Origin: Candidatus Nanoarchaeia archaeon
Lineage (GTDB): Archaea; Nanobdellota; Nanobdellia; SCGC-AAA011-G17; GW2011-AR17
Assembly: GCA_028706745.1 (NCBI GenBank)
Contig: JAQTVM010000004.1
Location: forward strand, 5,137-69,136
DNA length: 64,000 bases
Direction of reading: 5' to 3'
Shown here one piece after another: positions 9,057-18,341 of this stretch; the first letter of the stretch is position 1; every line of letters starts with the position of its first letter. Below the pieces are notes generated by a model. That model was not told the origin of the DNA, did not search any database, and saw only the letters and a program-made list of their open reading frames with translations. Position numbers and translations under genes: made by a program.

Positions 9057-9965
9057 TCAGCGCCTTGCATACATCCAGGGATACTTCTTCTTGGTTTCTT
9101 CAATGAACAGGTCGTTGTTGTAAATGCCAAGCTCTGAAACAATGGCAGAAACATTCTCGGGGATTACTTTTTCAAAAGCATAATTCCTGACTTTAATTGA
9201 TTTCGGCGCCTTGCTCCACACTTCATCAGGGCTTCTTTCCTCAATAACCTCCTCGTGTCCGAATATTGCCTCAGGGTCAAACTTCCATGATACTGAGCAG
9301 ACATAAACAGGCACATCATATCTCTTTGCAAGCTCTGCAAACAATCCGGAGCCAATCTTGTTGTAAACCCCTGTGGGTGTTATTGCATCAGCGCCGATAA
9401 GCATTATGTCGGCTTTCCTCATCGCAAACTTCACAGCAGAGTCAACAAAATGAGTCACGGGAATTTTTGCCTTTGCAAGCTCCTCAGCAGTAATCCTTCC
9501 CTGAAACTTAGGTCTTGTTTCTGTGTTATACACTTCAAACTTCTTTGTTTTTGCAGCTTCCTTTAATATTGAAGTTACAGTGCTTGCATGGCAGTGAGTG
9601 TAAACAATGCTTCCATCCTCTATAAGCCCTGCGCCTATTTTTACAATTGCCTGCTTGGCAGCCTCTTTCATCATCAGCGCTTCCCTTGCAGCCCGTTTCG
9701 CTTCCTTTTTAATATCTTTAACGTCTTTTCCGACAGAAGCCCGCGCCTGCACGAAATTCACAAAATTCCTCATCATCGGCTCTGTTGCCCTTAATGCAAA
9801 CAGCTTTTTCTTTCCGGCTTCAATCTCGGCAAGAATCCTTGCCCTTGAGCCTGCCTTTGACTTTTCTATCAATGAGGAAAGGGCTTCAACTCCGGCAGCA
9901 GCGACATTTGTTGCGCCCTGTATTTTCAAGTCCTTTATTTTTTTGCACGTCGCATTGAATTCCAT
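9057..9965 (-). CDS. eIF-2B alpha/beta/delta family protein (ribose-1,5-bisphosphate isomerase-like)
   Basis: 302 aa. Family-like segments GATNVAAAGVEAL, VYTHCHASTV, NTETRPKFQG and IGADAITPTG. Confidence 0.75.
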   Translation of the reverse strand: MEFNATCKKIKDLKIQGATNVAAAGVEALSSLIEKSKAGSRARILAEIEAGKKKLFALRATEPMMRNFVNFVQARASVGKDVKDIKKEAKRAAREALMMKEAAKQAIVKIGAGLIEDGSIVYTHCHASTVTSILKEAAKTKKFEVYNTETRPKFQGRITAEELAKAKIPVTHFVDSAVKFAMRKADIMLIGADAITPTGVYNKIGSGLFAELAKRYDVPVYVCSVSWKFDPEAIFGHEEVIEERSPDEVWSKAPKSIKVRNYAFEKVIPENVSAIVSELGIYNNDLFIEETKKKYPWMYARR

Positions 9966-10018
9966 CGCTTAATCATTGCCAAGGAAAGTATATAAACCTT
10001 TTCGGCTGTATAATTATT

Positions 10019-10972
10019 ATGCATAAGGCGCTGATGCTTGAAAACGGGGAAATAAAAGAATGCCCCCTTAGCAATATAAGGCAGAGGCATGTTTTTTGGG
10101 TGGATTTTATTGCGCCCACAAAGCAGGAGATAGCTTCTGTTTCCGAGATTGTCGGAATGAGTGAAAGCGAGATTAATGAGATGCTTATGGATGACAGCCG
10201 CCCCCTGCTTACGAATATTGAAAAATATTCAGTGGTGCTGATGCAGACTCCGGCTGAAAGCGACGAAGCAGACACCCTGCCTTTTCTTGCATTTATATCA
10301 AAATCAAAAAATGACCTGATTACAATACACAGGCATAAGATGCAGTCGCTTGAAAAGATTAGCGGTTGGGACAGCAAGAGAAAAAAAGCAGCTTTTGTAA
10401 AAGGCCCTTCATTTATCCTTTACAGGATTATTGATGAGATTACAGCAAGCTACTTAAATATACTGACAGGGATTGATGACCAGATAGAAAAGCTTGAAGA
10501 CGGGATATACAAGGAAAACGGCTCGCATAAGACAATGATGCAGGATGCATTTGAGATAAAGAAAAAGCTGATTTATTTCTACAAGGCGCTTACTGCAAAC
10601 AGGGAAGTTGTCTCTGCAATTGAAAAAGAGTACGGCATGTTCCTTGAAAAGAAGGATTTGTCAAAGTTCCGCCTGCTTTACTCGGATTTCACCCAGCTTA
10701 TTGATTTGACTGTCACTTACAGGGATATTCTAACAACAACAATTGAGGTTTACCTGTCAGTTGTCTCAAACAATCTTAATGTCACTGTCAAGAAGCTAAC
10801 TGCGTGGGGTGCGATTATCCTTCTTCCAACGCTGATAACCGGGATTTACGGGATGAACTTCGACAGGATGCCGGAGATTGCCTGGAAACACGGTTACCTG
10901 TTTGCGCTTTCTCTGATGGTGGTTTGCGTTGCAACAGCTTACTTCTATTTCAAGAGAAAAGACTGGCTTTGA
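10019..10972 (+). CDS. corA: CorA-family magnesium/cobalt transporter
   Basis: 317 aa with two C-terminal TM helices and the signature GIYGMNF (GMN motif) before the last helix. Confidence 0.85.
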   Translation: MHKALMLENGEIKECPLSNIRQRHVFWVDFIAPTKQEIASVSEIVGMSESEINEMLMDDSRPLLTNIEKYSVVLMQTPAESDEADTLPFLAFISKSKNDLITIHRHKMQSLEKISGWDSKRKKAAFVKGPSFILYRIIDEITASYLNILTGIDDQIEKLEDGIYKENGSHKTMMQDAFEIKKKLIYFYKALTANREVVSAIEKEYGMFLEKKDLSKFRLLYSDFTQLIDLTVTYRDILTTTIEVYLSVVSNNLNVTVKKLTAWGAIILLPTLITGIYGMNFDRMPEIAWKHGYLFALSLMVVCVATAYFYFKRKDWL

Positions 10973-11011
10973 AAAAATAAGAGGAAAAATAAAAAAAATA
11001 AACCTGTTTTC

Positions 11012-11182
11012 TTATAAGTCGCACGGTTTCAATGTTTTTCTTCCGTTTTCCGAAGCTCTCTTTGCAGCTTCCTTTATCATTGCGACAACCTTGTCGCTTA
11101 ATGCGTCTGCAAAGTCTCCTGCGACATTCATTCCTTCTGCAAAGTCCTTTACCTTGCTTCTTACTACAACTAGTTCTCCCAT
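11012..11182 (-). CDS. small histone-fold protein (DUF1931-like)
   Basis: 56 aa, MGELVVVRSKVKDF...AAKRASENGRKTLKPCDL. The C-terminal NGRKT+KxxD resembles the archaeal histone HAGRKTV motif. A GGAGGT SD lies 8 nt upstream of this ATG; the track ORF starts 15 nt earlier. Confidence 0.5.
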   Translation of the reverse strand: MGELVVVRSKVKDFAEGMNVAGDFADALSDKVVAMIKEAAKRASENGRKTLKPCDL

Positions 11183-11238
11183 CTTGATTACCTCCATTTA
11201 AGCTTATTAGCTTGTATTTTACGTGCCTTATGGCTTAT

Positions 11239-12300
11239 TTAAGCTTTTTGGGTTATCCTTTTGATATAAGAATCAGCTGTTTCATCATTTTCAAAAGGAT
11301 TAATGCAGAGTTTTTTTAATGTGATTTCAGGGTATATCCTGCATATTTCCATTGTTCTCATCAGCCCTCTTGGATAGCATTTTGCCTTTCCATACATATA
11401 ATCCCAAGACATTTCCCTTGAATATTTAACATCCTGCCTGTAGATTGCCAAAACGTGTTCAACATCTTTTTTTTCTTCATCACCCATAAGCGATGGAATG
11501 CTGAAAGGCAAATCAAATGACTCAATCTCAATTGGCTTTTTGTTAATCAGCCCTATGATTCCCAAAAGCTTCCCTAGCCTGTAAGAGCCCATTATGTTTT
11601 TATGCCTGAGGCAGTATGTTATTGCAGAGATGTCAGCGATTGCTTCAATGCAAAAGTTGCTTTTGTTCCATTTTTTATGTTGTTTTCTGCAGATATAATC
11701 CTTTTTTCTTCGGATTTTAGTCTCATATTTTATTATCTTATTATCATATTCCTGCACACTTATTTTTGTATAATCCTTTTTTTGATTGTCATCTAATATA
11801 TCTCCCAAGGTTGAATGCAGGTATTTTAATTTCTTGTCAGAAAATCCTGAAATCAAGGCAAGCCAGTGCAATGAATGAGCCAGCTCATGCGCCATGACTT
11901 CTTCTACAATGCCGTGAATGGGCGCTTCAAGCATTGGTATACCTTTTTTTCTGTCCAGAGTATCCATGCCCAATGCAGGATAAGAATATGTTAGTTTGCC
12001 ATCTTCAAGCGGCTTTTCAAAGCGCTCGGATGATATCTGTATATATGGCTCTTTGTAAAACAAGTGAGTATACATCATTCCCCAATACCTTCCCAGTATG
12101 CTTGAATAAGAATCTATATTCCATGAGAATGCCTTTGGCTTTTCCTGGTTTGGAAACAGAATATCAGCTATTTCCTTCCTGCATTCAGGCTTAACCTGCT
12201 CCATAAATATTTCAAGCTTGCTTGGCTTAAGCTCTTCATTTAATTCCTCGAGCAATTTTCTGTTTTTTTTCAGCAGTTCTTCTATTTTTTCTTGTTCCAT
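11239..12300 (-). CDS. hypothetical zinc metalloprotease-like protein (HExxH)
   Basis: 353-aa ORF with VMAHELAHSLHW (HExxH). Confidence 0.5.
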   Translation of the reverse strand: MEQEKIEELLKKNRKLLEELNEELKPSKLEIFMEQVKPECRKEIADILFPNQEKPKAFSWNIDSYSSILGRYWGMMYTHLFYKEPYIQISSERFEKPLEDGKLTYSYPALGMDTLDRKKGIPMLEAPIHGIVEEVMAHELAHSLHWLALISGFSDKKLKYLHSTLGDILDDNQKKDYTKISVQEYDNKIIKYETKIRRKKDYICRKQHKKWNKSNFCIEAIADISAITYCLRHKNIMGSYRLGKLLGIIGLINKKPIEIESFDLPFSIPSLMGDEEKKDVEHVLAIYRQDVKYSREMSWDYMYGKAKCYPRGLMRTMEICRIYPEITLKKLCINPFENDETADSYIKRITQKA

Positions 12301-12478
12301 TTTAATATTTAGCAGCTGATTGTGCTTTAACCCGCGAATATCCTTAAGTATTAATAAATTATTGCATTTCGCAGCGCCATTGCCTATTTATCTTATTTAT
12401 GTAAAATGTCGCTAAAGCCCCGTCCCTTTGTTTTAACGGAAGGTTTATAAATGAATCAGATTTCAACTCTATGTAATT

Positions 12479-14362
12479 ATGGGGGATAATATGCCGAAAC
12501 AAGACAAGAACACTCAAAAGGACGAAAAGAAGGAAGAAAATCAGGGCATACAGGTGCCGCAGGCGCCGTTAGTTCCTGAGGGAATGCCTTCAATTCCGCC
12601 TGAAATGCAGGAAAAGCTTAAGGCAATAAAGGAAAAGCTTGACAATTTCACAAAGAAAATTCTTGAGAAGTTTGACAAATACATTATCGGCGTTGCATTA
12701 ATGCCTCCTGACAAGATGCTTCCGCCTGAATTAAGGGATGAAAAGGCAGAAGATAATCCTGACAAGATAAATACCTTGGTTCTTGTTGATGATTCTGACA
12801 GCACAAAGATGCCAAAGCAGGAGCTTGGGGCAAAGCTTGAGCAGATAATAAAGGGAATAGCAAAGGAGATTGACCCGAACATATCTGTTGAGATACTTCT
12901 TTCATCAGAATTAAAGGAGTCATGCTATGACGCAAAATATGACGTGCTGAAGATGATTGCAATGTCTGCTCCTGTCTATGACCCTGCTGACATGATTGCT
13001 GCATTGAAGATTTCAGAAGTGCATAAGACAATGGTGCTCAAGAAGTTTGAGAAATACATTGTAAGCTATGTAGCGGCCGGCTCTTTGTTCAGGGGCGAAA
13101 AATCAAATGATATTGATGTTTACATTGTTATAGACGACACAGACGTCAAGAAAATGCCAAGAGCAGAATTAAAGGACAAGCTCAGGGCGATAATCATAGG
13201 AATGGGCTTTGACGCAGCAAGAATCACAGGCGTGAAAAAGCAGTTTCATGTACAGACATACATTCTGACTGACTTCTGGGACTCTGTGAAAGACGCAAAC
13301 CCGGTAATCTACACATTCCTGAGGGACGGCGTTCCCTTGTATGACAGGGGCGTATTCATGCCTTGGAAGCTTTTATTGCAGATGGGAAGAATAAGGCCAA
13401 GCCCTGAGTCAATTGACATGAACATGGACATTGGCGAGAAATTAGTCCAGAGGGCAAAGCAGAAACTGCTCAGCATTCTGGGCGAGGACTTGTTTTACGC
13501 AATCCTCAATCCGACACAGGCTGCATTGATGCTTTACGGAATACCTCCGCCAACGCCAAAAGAAACAATACAATTAATGGACGACATATTTGTAAAAAAG
13601 GAAAAAATGCTTGAGAAAAAGTATGTTGACGTGCTTGCAAAAGTCAGGCAGGCATACAAGGATGTTGAGCACGGCAAGGTCACTTCTGTAACAGGAAAGG
13701 AAATTGATGACTTATTGAAGGATGCCGAGGACTATCTTGCAAGGATAAAGAAGCTGTTCAAGCAGATTGAGGAAAAAGCTGAAAAGGAAAGCATACTTGA
13801 CGTGTATGACTCCTGCATGGCAATCACAAGGGACATTCTTGCTGAAAAGGGAATCAAGTCATTTGATGACAAGGAGCTTTACAATATTTTCAAGGCAAGG
13901 CTTGTCAAGGAAGATGGAATTCCCGAGAAGTTTGTCAGGATACTAAAGGATGTTGAAAAGGCAAAGGAGGATTTCCTTTTGGGCAAGGTTTCAAAGCAGG
14001 AAGTCCAGAAAGTCAAGAAAGACGCAAGGGTTTTCATAAAAGCGCTTGTCGAGCATATGCAGAGGAAAAAGTCAGTAAGCCTTGAGAAGACAAAGATAAG
14101 GTTCAAGTACGGAGAAAAGATAGGCGAACTGCTTGTTTTGGACGAGACTGCATTTGTCCTAAAAGACATTGAAAAGCGCGATGAAATACTTTCAGCCACT
14201 TTAAACAAGCAGGGCGGACTTGAAAATGCCAAAAAAAGCTCTGCAGAGGAATTAGAAAAGCATATAAGTAAGCTCGTATCTCCCATGAGGATGTCTATCA
14301 AGGAGAGGCTCTTGGAAGACCTCAGAACCCTTGTTGGCGCAGATATAGAAATATTATTGTGA
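12479..14362 (+). CDS. hypothetical protein with internally duplicated nucleotidyltransferase-like module
   Basis: 627 aa. GSLFRGEKSNDIDVYIVIDD looks like a nucleotidyltransferase motif. The segments LVLVDDSDSTKMPKQELGAKLEQII and YIVIDDTDVKKMPRAELKDKLRAII are an internal repeat. An alternative start at 12491 follows a GGGGGA SD. Confidence 0.5.
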   Translation: MGDNMPKQDKNTQKDEKKEENQGIQVPQAPLVPEGMPSIPPEMQEKLKAIKEKLDNFTKKILEKFDKYIIGVALMPPDKMLPPELRDEKAEDNPDKINTLVLVDDSDSTKMPKQELGAKLEQIIKGIAKEIDPNISVEILLSSELKESCYDAKYDVLKMIAMSAPVYDPADMIAALKISEVHKTMVLKKFEKYIVSYVAAGSLFRGEKSNDIDVYIVIDDTDVKKMPRAELKDKLRAIIIGMGFDAARITGVKKQFHVQTYILTDFWDSVKDANPVIYTFLRDGVPLYDRGVFMPWKLLLQMGRIRPSPESIDMNMDIGEKLVQRAKQKLLSILGEDLFYAILNPTQAALMLYGIPPPTPKETIQLMDDIFVKKEKMLEKKYVDVLAKVRQAYKDVEHGKVTSVTGKEIDDLLKDAEDYLARIKKLFKQIEEKAEKESILDVYDSCMAITRDILAEKGIKSFDDKELYNIFKARLVKEDGIPEKFVRILKDVEKAKEDFLLGKVSKQEVQKVKKDARVFIKALVEHMQRKKSVSLEKTKIRFKYGEKIGELLVLDETAFVLKDIEKRDEILSATLNKQGGLENAKKSSAEELEKHISKLVSPMRMSIKERLLEDLRTLVGADIEILL

Positions 14363-14371
14363 GGAACTAAA

Positions 14372-14632
14372 ATGGAAGCAACGGTTTGCAATTTCAGACA
14401 GGGAAGGCACACGCAAAAAAACAAGCATATGATACTTGCAGTAAGCGGAGTGTCAAGCAAGGACAAGGCATTGAAGCTTGTCGGCAAGAAAGTAGAATGG
14501 GCTTCGCCTTCCGGCAAAAAGCTTTACGGCGAAATCAGGGCTGCTCACGGCTGCAAGGGCGCAGTAAGGGCAATATTCGAGACAGGACTGCCGGGGCAGG
14601 CAATCGGCACTAAAGTCAAGGTGGTGGAGTAA
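14372..14632 (+). CDS. rpl35ae: 50S ribosomal protein L35Ae (eL33)
   Basis: 86 aa. GRHTQKNKHMIL...GKKVEW...GEIRAAHGCKGAVRAIF...G matches the L35Ae pattern. Confidence 0.85.
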   Translation: MEATVCNFRQGRHTQKNKHMILAVSGVSSKDKALKLVGKKVEWASPSGKKLYGEIRAAHGCKGAVRAIFETGLPGQAIGTKVKVVE

Positions 14633-14687
14633 ATATGGTCTGCGAACAAAGTGAGTGGACCTTCGAAGGAGCAGGGGTGAACTGAGA

Positions 14688-15206
14688 ATGGCAGGACTAA
14701 GACCGGGAAGATGCTACAGGGCAATTGAGCGCCCATACACAAGAAAGTCAAAATACAAGAGAAAGGCTTTTATCAAGGCAGTTCCGCCTACAAAGGTTGC
14801 GCGTTACGACACAGGCGATCTTAAGAAAACATTCAATACAAGGATAGACCTTGTTTCAAAAACAGACATTCAAATCAGGCACAATGCAATAGAGTCCGCA
14901 AGGCAGGTTATTGCAAGAAAGCTTGACGCATTAAATAAGTCATATCATCTGCAGGTAAAGGCATTTCCTCATCACGCAATAAGGGAAAACAAGATGCTTA
15001 CAGGAGCAGGAGCAGACAGAATGCAGACAGGCATGCAGCGTTCATTCGGAAGAATAACAGGCATGGCTGCGCAGATAAGGGCGGGGGCAACTGTGTTCAG
15101 CGTGCATATAGATGCAGCTGACAAGCAGTGTGTTTTGGATGCTTTTCAGTCTGCAAAATCCAAGCTTCCCTGCAGGTGCAGCGTGGCTGTTGCAGCAAAG
15201 GCTTAA
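14688..15206 (+). CDS. rpl10e: 50S ribosomal protein L10e (uL16)
   Basis: MAGLRPGRCYRAIERPYTRKSKYKRKAFIKAVP is the canonical L10e N-terminus. I chose the ATG at 14688, which lies inside the longer track ORF. Confidence 0.9.
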   Translation: MAGLRPGRCYRAIERPYTRKSKYKRKAFIKAVPPTKVARYDTGDLKKTFNTRIDLVSKTDIQIRHNAIESARQVIARKLDALNKSYHLQVKAFPHHAIRENKMLTGAGADRMQTGMQRSFGRITGMAAQIRAGATVFSVHIDAADKQCVLDAFQSAKSKLPCRCSVAVAAKA

Positions 15207-15399
15207 AACCTCTTATTTTGCCTTCTTTTGGCTTATAACGCCCGAAAACATGGTTTTTTCTATTTTTCGACATATATAATGCAATTCAATAATCTTTAAA
15301 TACAACTTCTGCGTTAAGTATTACTATAGGATTACAGCAATCACCAGTAATCCCAATGCATTGATGACATCAAGTTCAGTATTCTCAGGTCTTACAAGG

Positions 15400-15860
15400 G
15401 GAGCTTTATGCTCGTCTTGGTTAGAGGGACAATTTAACATGAAAAGAAAAATTATCGTGAAACCAAACGGAGGTGAATAAAAAGGAAAAAAAGTTTTCCT
15501 CAAAGTTTCCACACCCAGAGGAAAACAAAATAAATGAGTTCCTGGAAAACTGAAGGCGTCCGCATTAATAAATGTTGCGGTTAAAATTTTGCATAAAATT
15601 TGCCTGAAACAGGAATTCTCCTTAACACTCAACATGATTTCGCAGCTTCAGGTGTGTATCGGTAATAGTAAGGGCAAGGGGCTAGTTAATACTCACGGGG
15701 GTAATATCGTCGCAACCGGCTTGTGGTGTAGAGCCAAAACAACTCCCTCCTGGAACATAGAAGAAGGGCAGAAGGATATCAGGAATGCTGTCCCTTCTAG
15801 AACGTCCCACACCAACCCTTCCCTCCCGAACCAGGGAGGGGGGGCTATTTTCAACATGGA
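15400..15860 (+). ncRNA. candidate structured RNA, possibly RNase P RNA (boundaries approximate)
   Basis: ~620-bp gap without a credible ORF in a dense genome. On the plus strand GUAAGGGCAAGGGGC resembles the GGUAAGGGUGAAAGGGUG module. AACAACUCCCUCCUGGAACAUAG resembles AAACUCCACCCGGAGCAAG...AUAGG. UCUAGAACGUCCC resembles the ACAGAA P4 3' strand, and GAGGGAC upstream could pair with it. Local hairpin CCCUCCC-GAACCA-GGGAGGG. Confidence 0.3.
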
Positions 15861-15869
15861 GGCAGGGGC

Positions 15870-16031
15870 ATGACAGAAGAGCTTCAGTTGAATGACAGGC
15901 AGAAAGCGGACGTGTTCGTGGAGATAGAGAACTGCAGGAAGAACATAGAGTTCTACAAGGAGCAGATTGACATGCTGCAGGAAAAGATGGATGAGCTGGA
16001 GAATTTGAGGGAAGCTTACGAGTATTACTAA
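15870..16031 (+). CDS. small coiled-coil protein (53 aa)
   Basis: Not in the track because it is under 60 aa. A GGAGG SD lies 8 nt upstream. Translation: MTEELQLNDRQKADVFVEIENCRKNIEFYKEQIDMLQEKMDELENLREAYEYY. Confidence 0.45.
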   Translation: MTEELQLNDRQKADVFVEIENCRKNIEFYKEQIDMLQEKMDELENLREAYEYY

Positions 16032-16084
16032 GCACAAGCTTTAAATAATTGCATCTCATATCCACATACAGGAGAGGTGAGAAT

Positions 16085-16318
16085 ATGGTTAATACAATTC
16101 CTGAGCACAACATACTGCAAATAATGAACAAGATGGAAATTCTTGAGAAGAAAATGCAGGACACATCCGCTTTTCTCGGGCTTTACAATGAGATGAAGGA
16201 GCTTGAGGCGAAGTTCCTTGAATCTGTAAAAAACGCAGAAGCAAGCGCTTATCAGCTTTCAGATCAGGTAAAAAAGCGCATAAAGATAAGAAAGGACAAG
16301 ATTCTAAGGAAGAAATGA
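16085..16318 (+). CDS. small coiled-coil protein
   Basis: A GGAGAGGTGA SD precedes the ATG at 16085. 77-aa Lys/Glu-rich helical product. Confidence 0.5.
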   Translation: MVNTIPEHNILQIMNKMEILEKKMQDTSAFLGLYNEMKELEAKFLESVKNAEASAYQLSDQVKKRIKIRKDKILRKK

Positions 16319-16322
16319 CATT

Positions 16323-16730
16323 ATGGAAAAAGTTGTCTTAAAGTTCAGGAGAATAGAAGTTGCCAGGATTGACACCCGCGAGAATGTAATGCATATGCTG
16401 TTTTATTTTGATGAGAATGGCAATCCGATGAAGCACAGCAAGAATTATTCCCTTGAGCAGGACGTGGATGATTTTGTGAACACGCTGATACATGAGGTAA
16501 AAACAAAGGCGCACGAGAGGCATGCTGTTGTTGTTGATGACGATGACTTCCTGAGCTACCATCTTAATGTTCTCATTGACGAAGCAGAGCCAGGATTGTC
16601 AAAGGACAAGATTGCAAATGCAATAAGAAGATTCAAGGACAAGGTAAGGAGCTTCCGCGCAATAAGAAAATCTGACGGGTATATGGAGCAATACCAGTCC
16701 CTTATTGGATTGAAAGCGAGTGTTGAGTAA
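16323..16730 (+). CDS. hypothetical protein
   Basis: 135-aa ORF, 4 nt after the previous stop. No motif recognised. Confidence 0.55.
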   Translation: MEKVVLKFRRIEVARIDTRENVMHMLFYFDENGNPMKHSKNYSLEQDVDDFVNTLIHEVKTKAHERHAVVVDDDDFLSYHLNVLIDEAEPGLSKDKIANAIRRFKDKVRSFRAIRKSDGYMEQYQSLIGLKASVE

Positions 16731-17198
16731 TCAGTTAAGCATCCAGATTGAGAAATTCAGCACGGCTGCAAAGCTTACCCATAAGATATAGGGGATTAAC
16801 AAGTATGCCGCTTTCTTTGATATTTTATAAAACAGCAAGATATTTGCGAGTATTGCAAGCCAAAGGATTATAATTTCAATGAATGCAGCTCCCGGCGACT
16901 GCATGCCAAAGAAAAGAATTGACCATAATGTGTTAAGAATCATCTGGAATCCAAACGCAAAAACAGCTGTCTTGTTCTTTTTTGTTATCCCTTTCTTGAC
17001 AATAAGGTAAAGCGAAATTCCCATTAGAATAAAAAGTATTGTCCATACAGGGCCGAAAACCCACGACGGCGGATTAAACAGCGGCTTGTTGATTGAAAGA
17101 TACCAGCTTCCCACCGAAGATGTTGTGAATATTGAGCCAATCCAGCCTGCTGAAAGGGGGATAAGTATGCAGACTGCAAGCTTCAGCCATTTGTTCAT
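16731..17198 (-). CDS. tspO: TspO/MBR tryptophan-rich sensory protein
   Basis: 155 aa with five TM segments. The family segment is WYLSINKPLFNPPSWVFGPVWTILFILMGIS. Confidence 0.85.
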   Translation of the reverse strand: MNKWLKLAVCILIPLSAGWIGSIFTTSSVGSWYLSINKPLFNPPSWVFGPVWTILFILMGISLYLIVKKGITKKNKTAVFAFGFQMILNTLWSILFFGMQSPGAAFIEIIILWLAILANILLFYKISKKAAYLLIPYILWVSFAAVLNFSIWMLN

Positions 17199-17272
17199 AG
17201 GATATTAGCAGTATTTTTGCTTAATATAGCTTTTGGGGAAGCTTTTTATTCTGCACTTCCTTCTTTTTTTGC

Positions 17273-18064
17273 ATGAAACGCAGCTTTTGGGACATTGTGA
17301 ACAAGGTTATTGAGCAGTCTGACGTGCTTCTTGAAATTCTTGATGCAAGGTTCATAGACGAGACAAGAAATCCCGAAATAGAAGACAAGGTAAAGAAAAG
17401 CGGCAAGCAGCTTATATATGTGTTTAACAAGTGCGACCTTGCTGACACAAGGGTGCTGGAAAAAAAGAAAAAACAGTTCCATCCCTGCGTTTTTGTCTCT
17501 TCAATAAAAAGATACGGGATTACAATGCTCCTGCACGAGATACAGAAGCACGCAGATAAACCCGCGAAACTTTCTAAGTTTCGGGGCGCCGAAACTCCAC
17601 GGGAGTTTCGAGCGAAGGAAAAAGTCATTGTCGGAGTTTTAGGATACCCGAACACAGGCAAGAGTTCTGTGATAAACGCATTGTCAGGCAGGTCAGCCGC
17701 GCTTGTTTCCCCGCAGAGCGGGTTTACAAAGGCGATGCAGCTTATCAAGGTTACAAAAAGCATTTTTCTTCTTGACACTCCCGGCGTATATTCATATATG
17801 GAGAAGGATTTCACAAAGCACGCAATGAGGGCGTCGCTTGATTTCACAAGGATAAGGGACCCCGAAACAACTGCATTATTCCTGATTGAGGGGAACAAGG
17901 CGGCAGTCTCTAAGCAGTATAACATAAAGGAAGGCAATTCCGAGAAAATGCTTGAAGAAGTTGCTTTAAGATTGAACAAATTAAAAAAAGGCGGCATTCT
18001 TGACACTAATCAGGCGGCAAGAGCGCTTTTGAAAGACTGGCAAAGGGGAAAAATAAACTTATAA
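17273..18064 (+). CDS. circularly permuted GTPase (YlqF/RbgA/YawG-like ribosome biogenesis GTPase)
   Basis: G4 (VFNKCDL) precedes G1 (GYPNTGKSSVINAL) and G3 (LLDTPG), which is the permuted order. Confidence 0.8.
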   Translation: MKRSFWDIVNKVIEQSDVLLEILDARFIDETRNPEIEDKVKKSGKQLIYVFNKCDLADTRVLEKKKKQFHPCVFVSSIKRYGITMLLHEIQKHADKPAKLSKFRGAETPREFRAKEKVIVGVLGYPNTGKSSVINALSGRSAALVSPQSGFTKAMQLIKVTKSIFLLDTPGVYSYMEKDFTKHAMRASLDFTRIRDPETTALFLIEGNKAAVSKQYNIKEGNSEKMLEEVALRLNKLKKGGILDTNQAARALLKDWQRGKINL

Positions 18065-18283
18065 TTCAACCAGCTTAAGTTTCTTTTCCTTTGAGAATTC
18101 GCCGCGCAGGTTTGCAATCTCGAATTTCTTTATTCCCTGCTTTTCAGCGTATGCTTTTGCAGCTTCTTCTGTCTTGAATGTTCTTGACCTGAGGCTTCTC
18201 TTTCTGCTTTTCAGCCTTATGCTCCTGTGGTGTGAAGGCGAGCCAAAGTACCTTTTCTTCTTGGTATGTATTTTCTTAGCCAT
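18059..18283 (-). CDS. small basic protein, hypothetical
   Basis: 74-aa ORF with a very basic N-terminal half (KKKRYFGSPSHHRSIRLKSRKRSLRSR). Confidence 0.45.
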   Translation of the reverse strand: MAKKIHTKKKRYFGSPSHHRSIRLKSRKRSLRSRTFKTEEAAKAYAEKQGIKKFEIANLRGEFSKEKKLKLVEL

Positions 18284-18341
18284 AGGAGTATAATATTTGG
18301 GGTTCCTTTTATAAGCTTTTTGGCTTGTTTAAGGCTTTTGT

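Noticed and set aside
9607-10377. ORFs 9607-9972 (+) and 9973-10377 (-) overlapping the eIF-2B-family and corA genes
   Set aside because: Both lie antisense to genes with clear family motifs, and both have a Ser/Ile/Phe-rich shadow composition.
13879-14517. 212-aa ORF antisense to the end of the 627-aa gene and to L35Ae
   Set aside because: It overlaps a recognisable ribosomal protein gene on the other strand and has an antisense-type Ser/Phe/Leu-rich composition.
15324-16164. ORFs 15324-15635 (-), 15589-15873 (+), 15682-16164 (-) and 15693-16037 (-)
   Set aside because: None has an SD or a plausible composition. They overlap each other and the candidate structured RNA. The SD-preceded small ORFs at 15870 and 16085 on the plus strand are better supported.
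17221-18006. 261-aa ORF antisense to the GTPase gene
   Set aside because: The product is low-complexity and rich in Ser, Phe and Leu, with no motif. The opposite strand encodes a protein with clear G1/G3/G4 GTPase motifs, so this is a shadow ORF.
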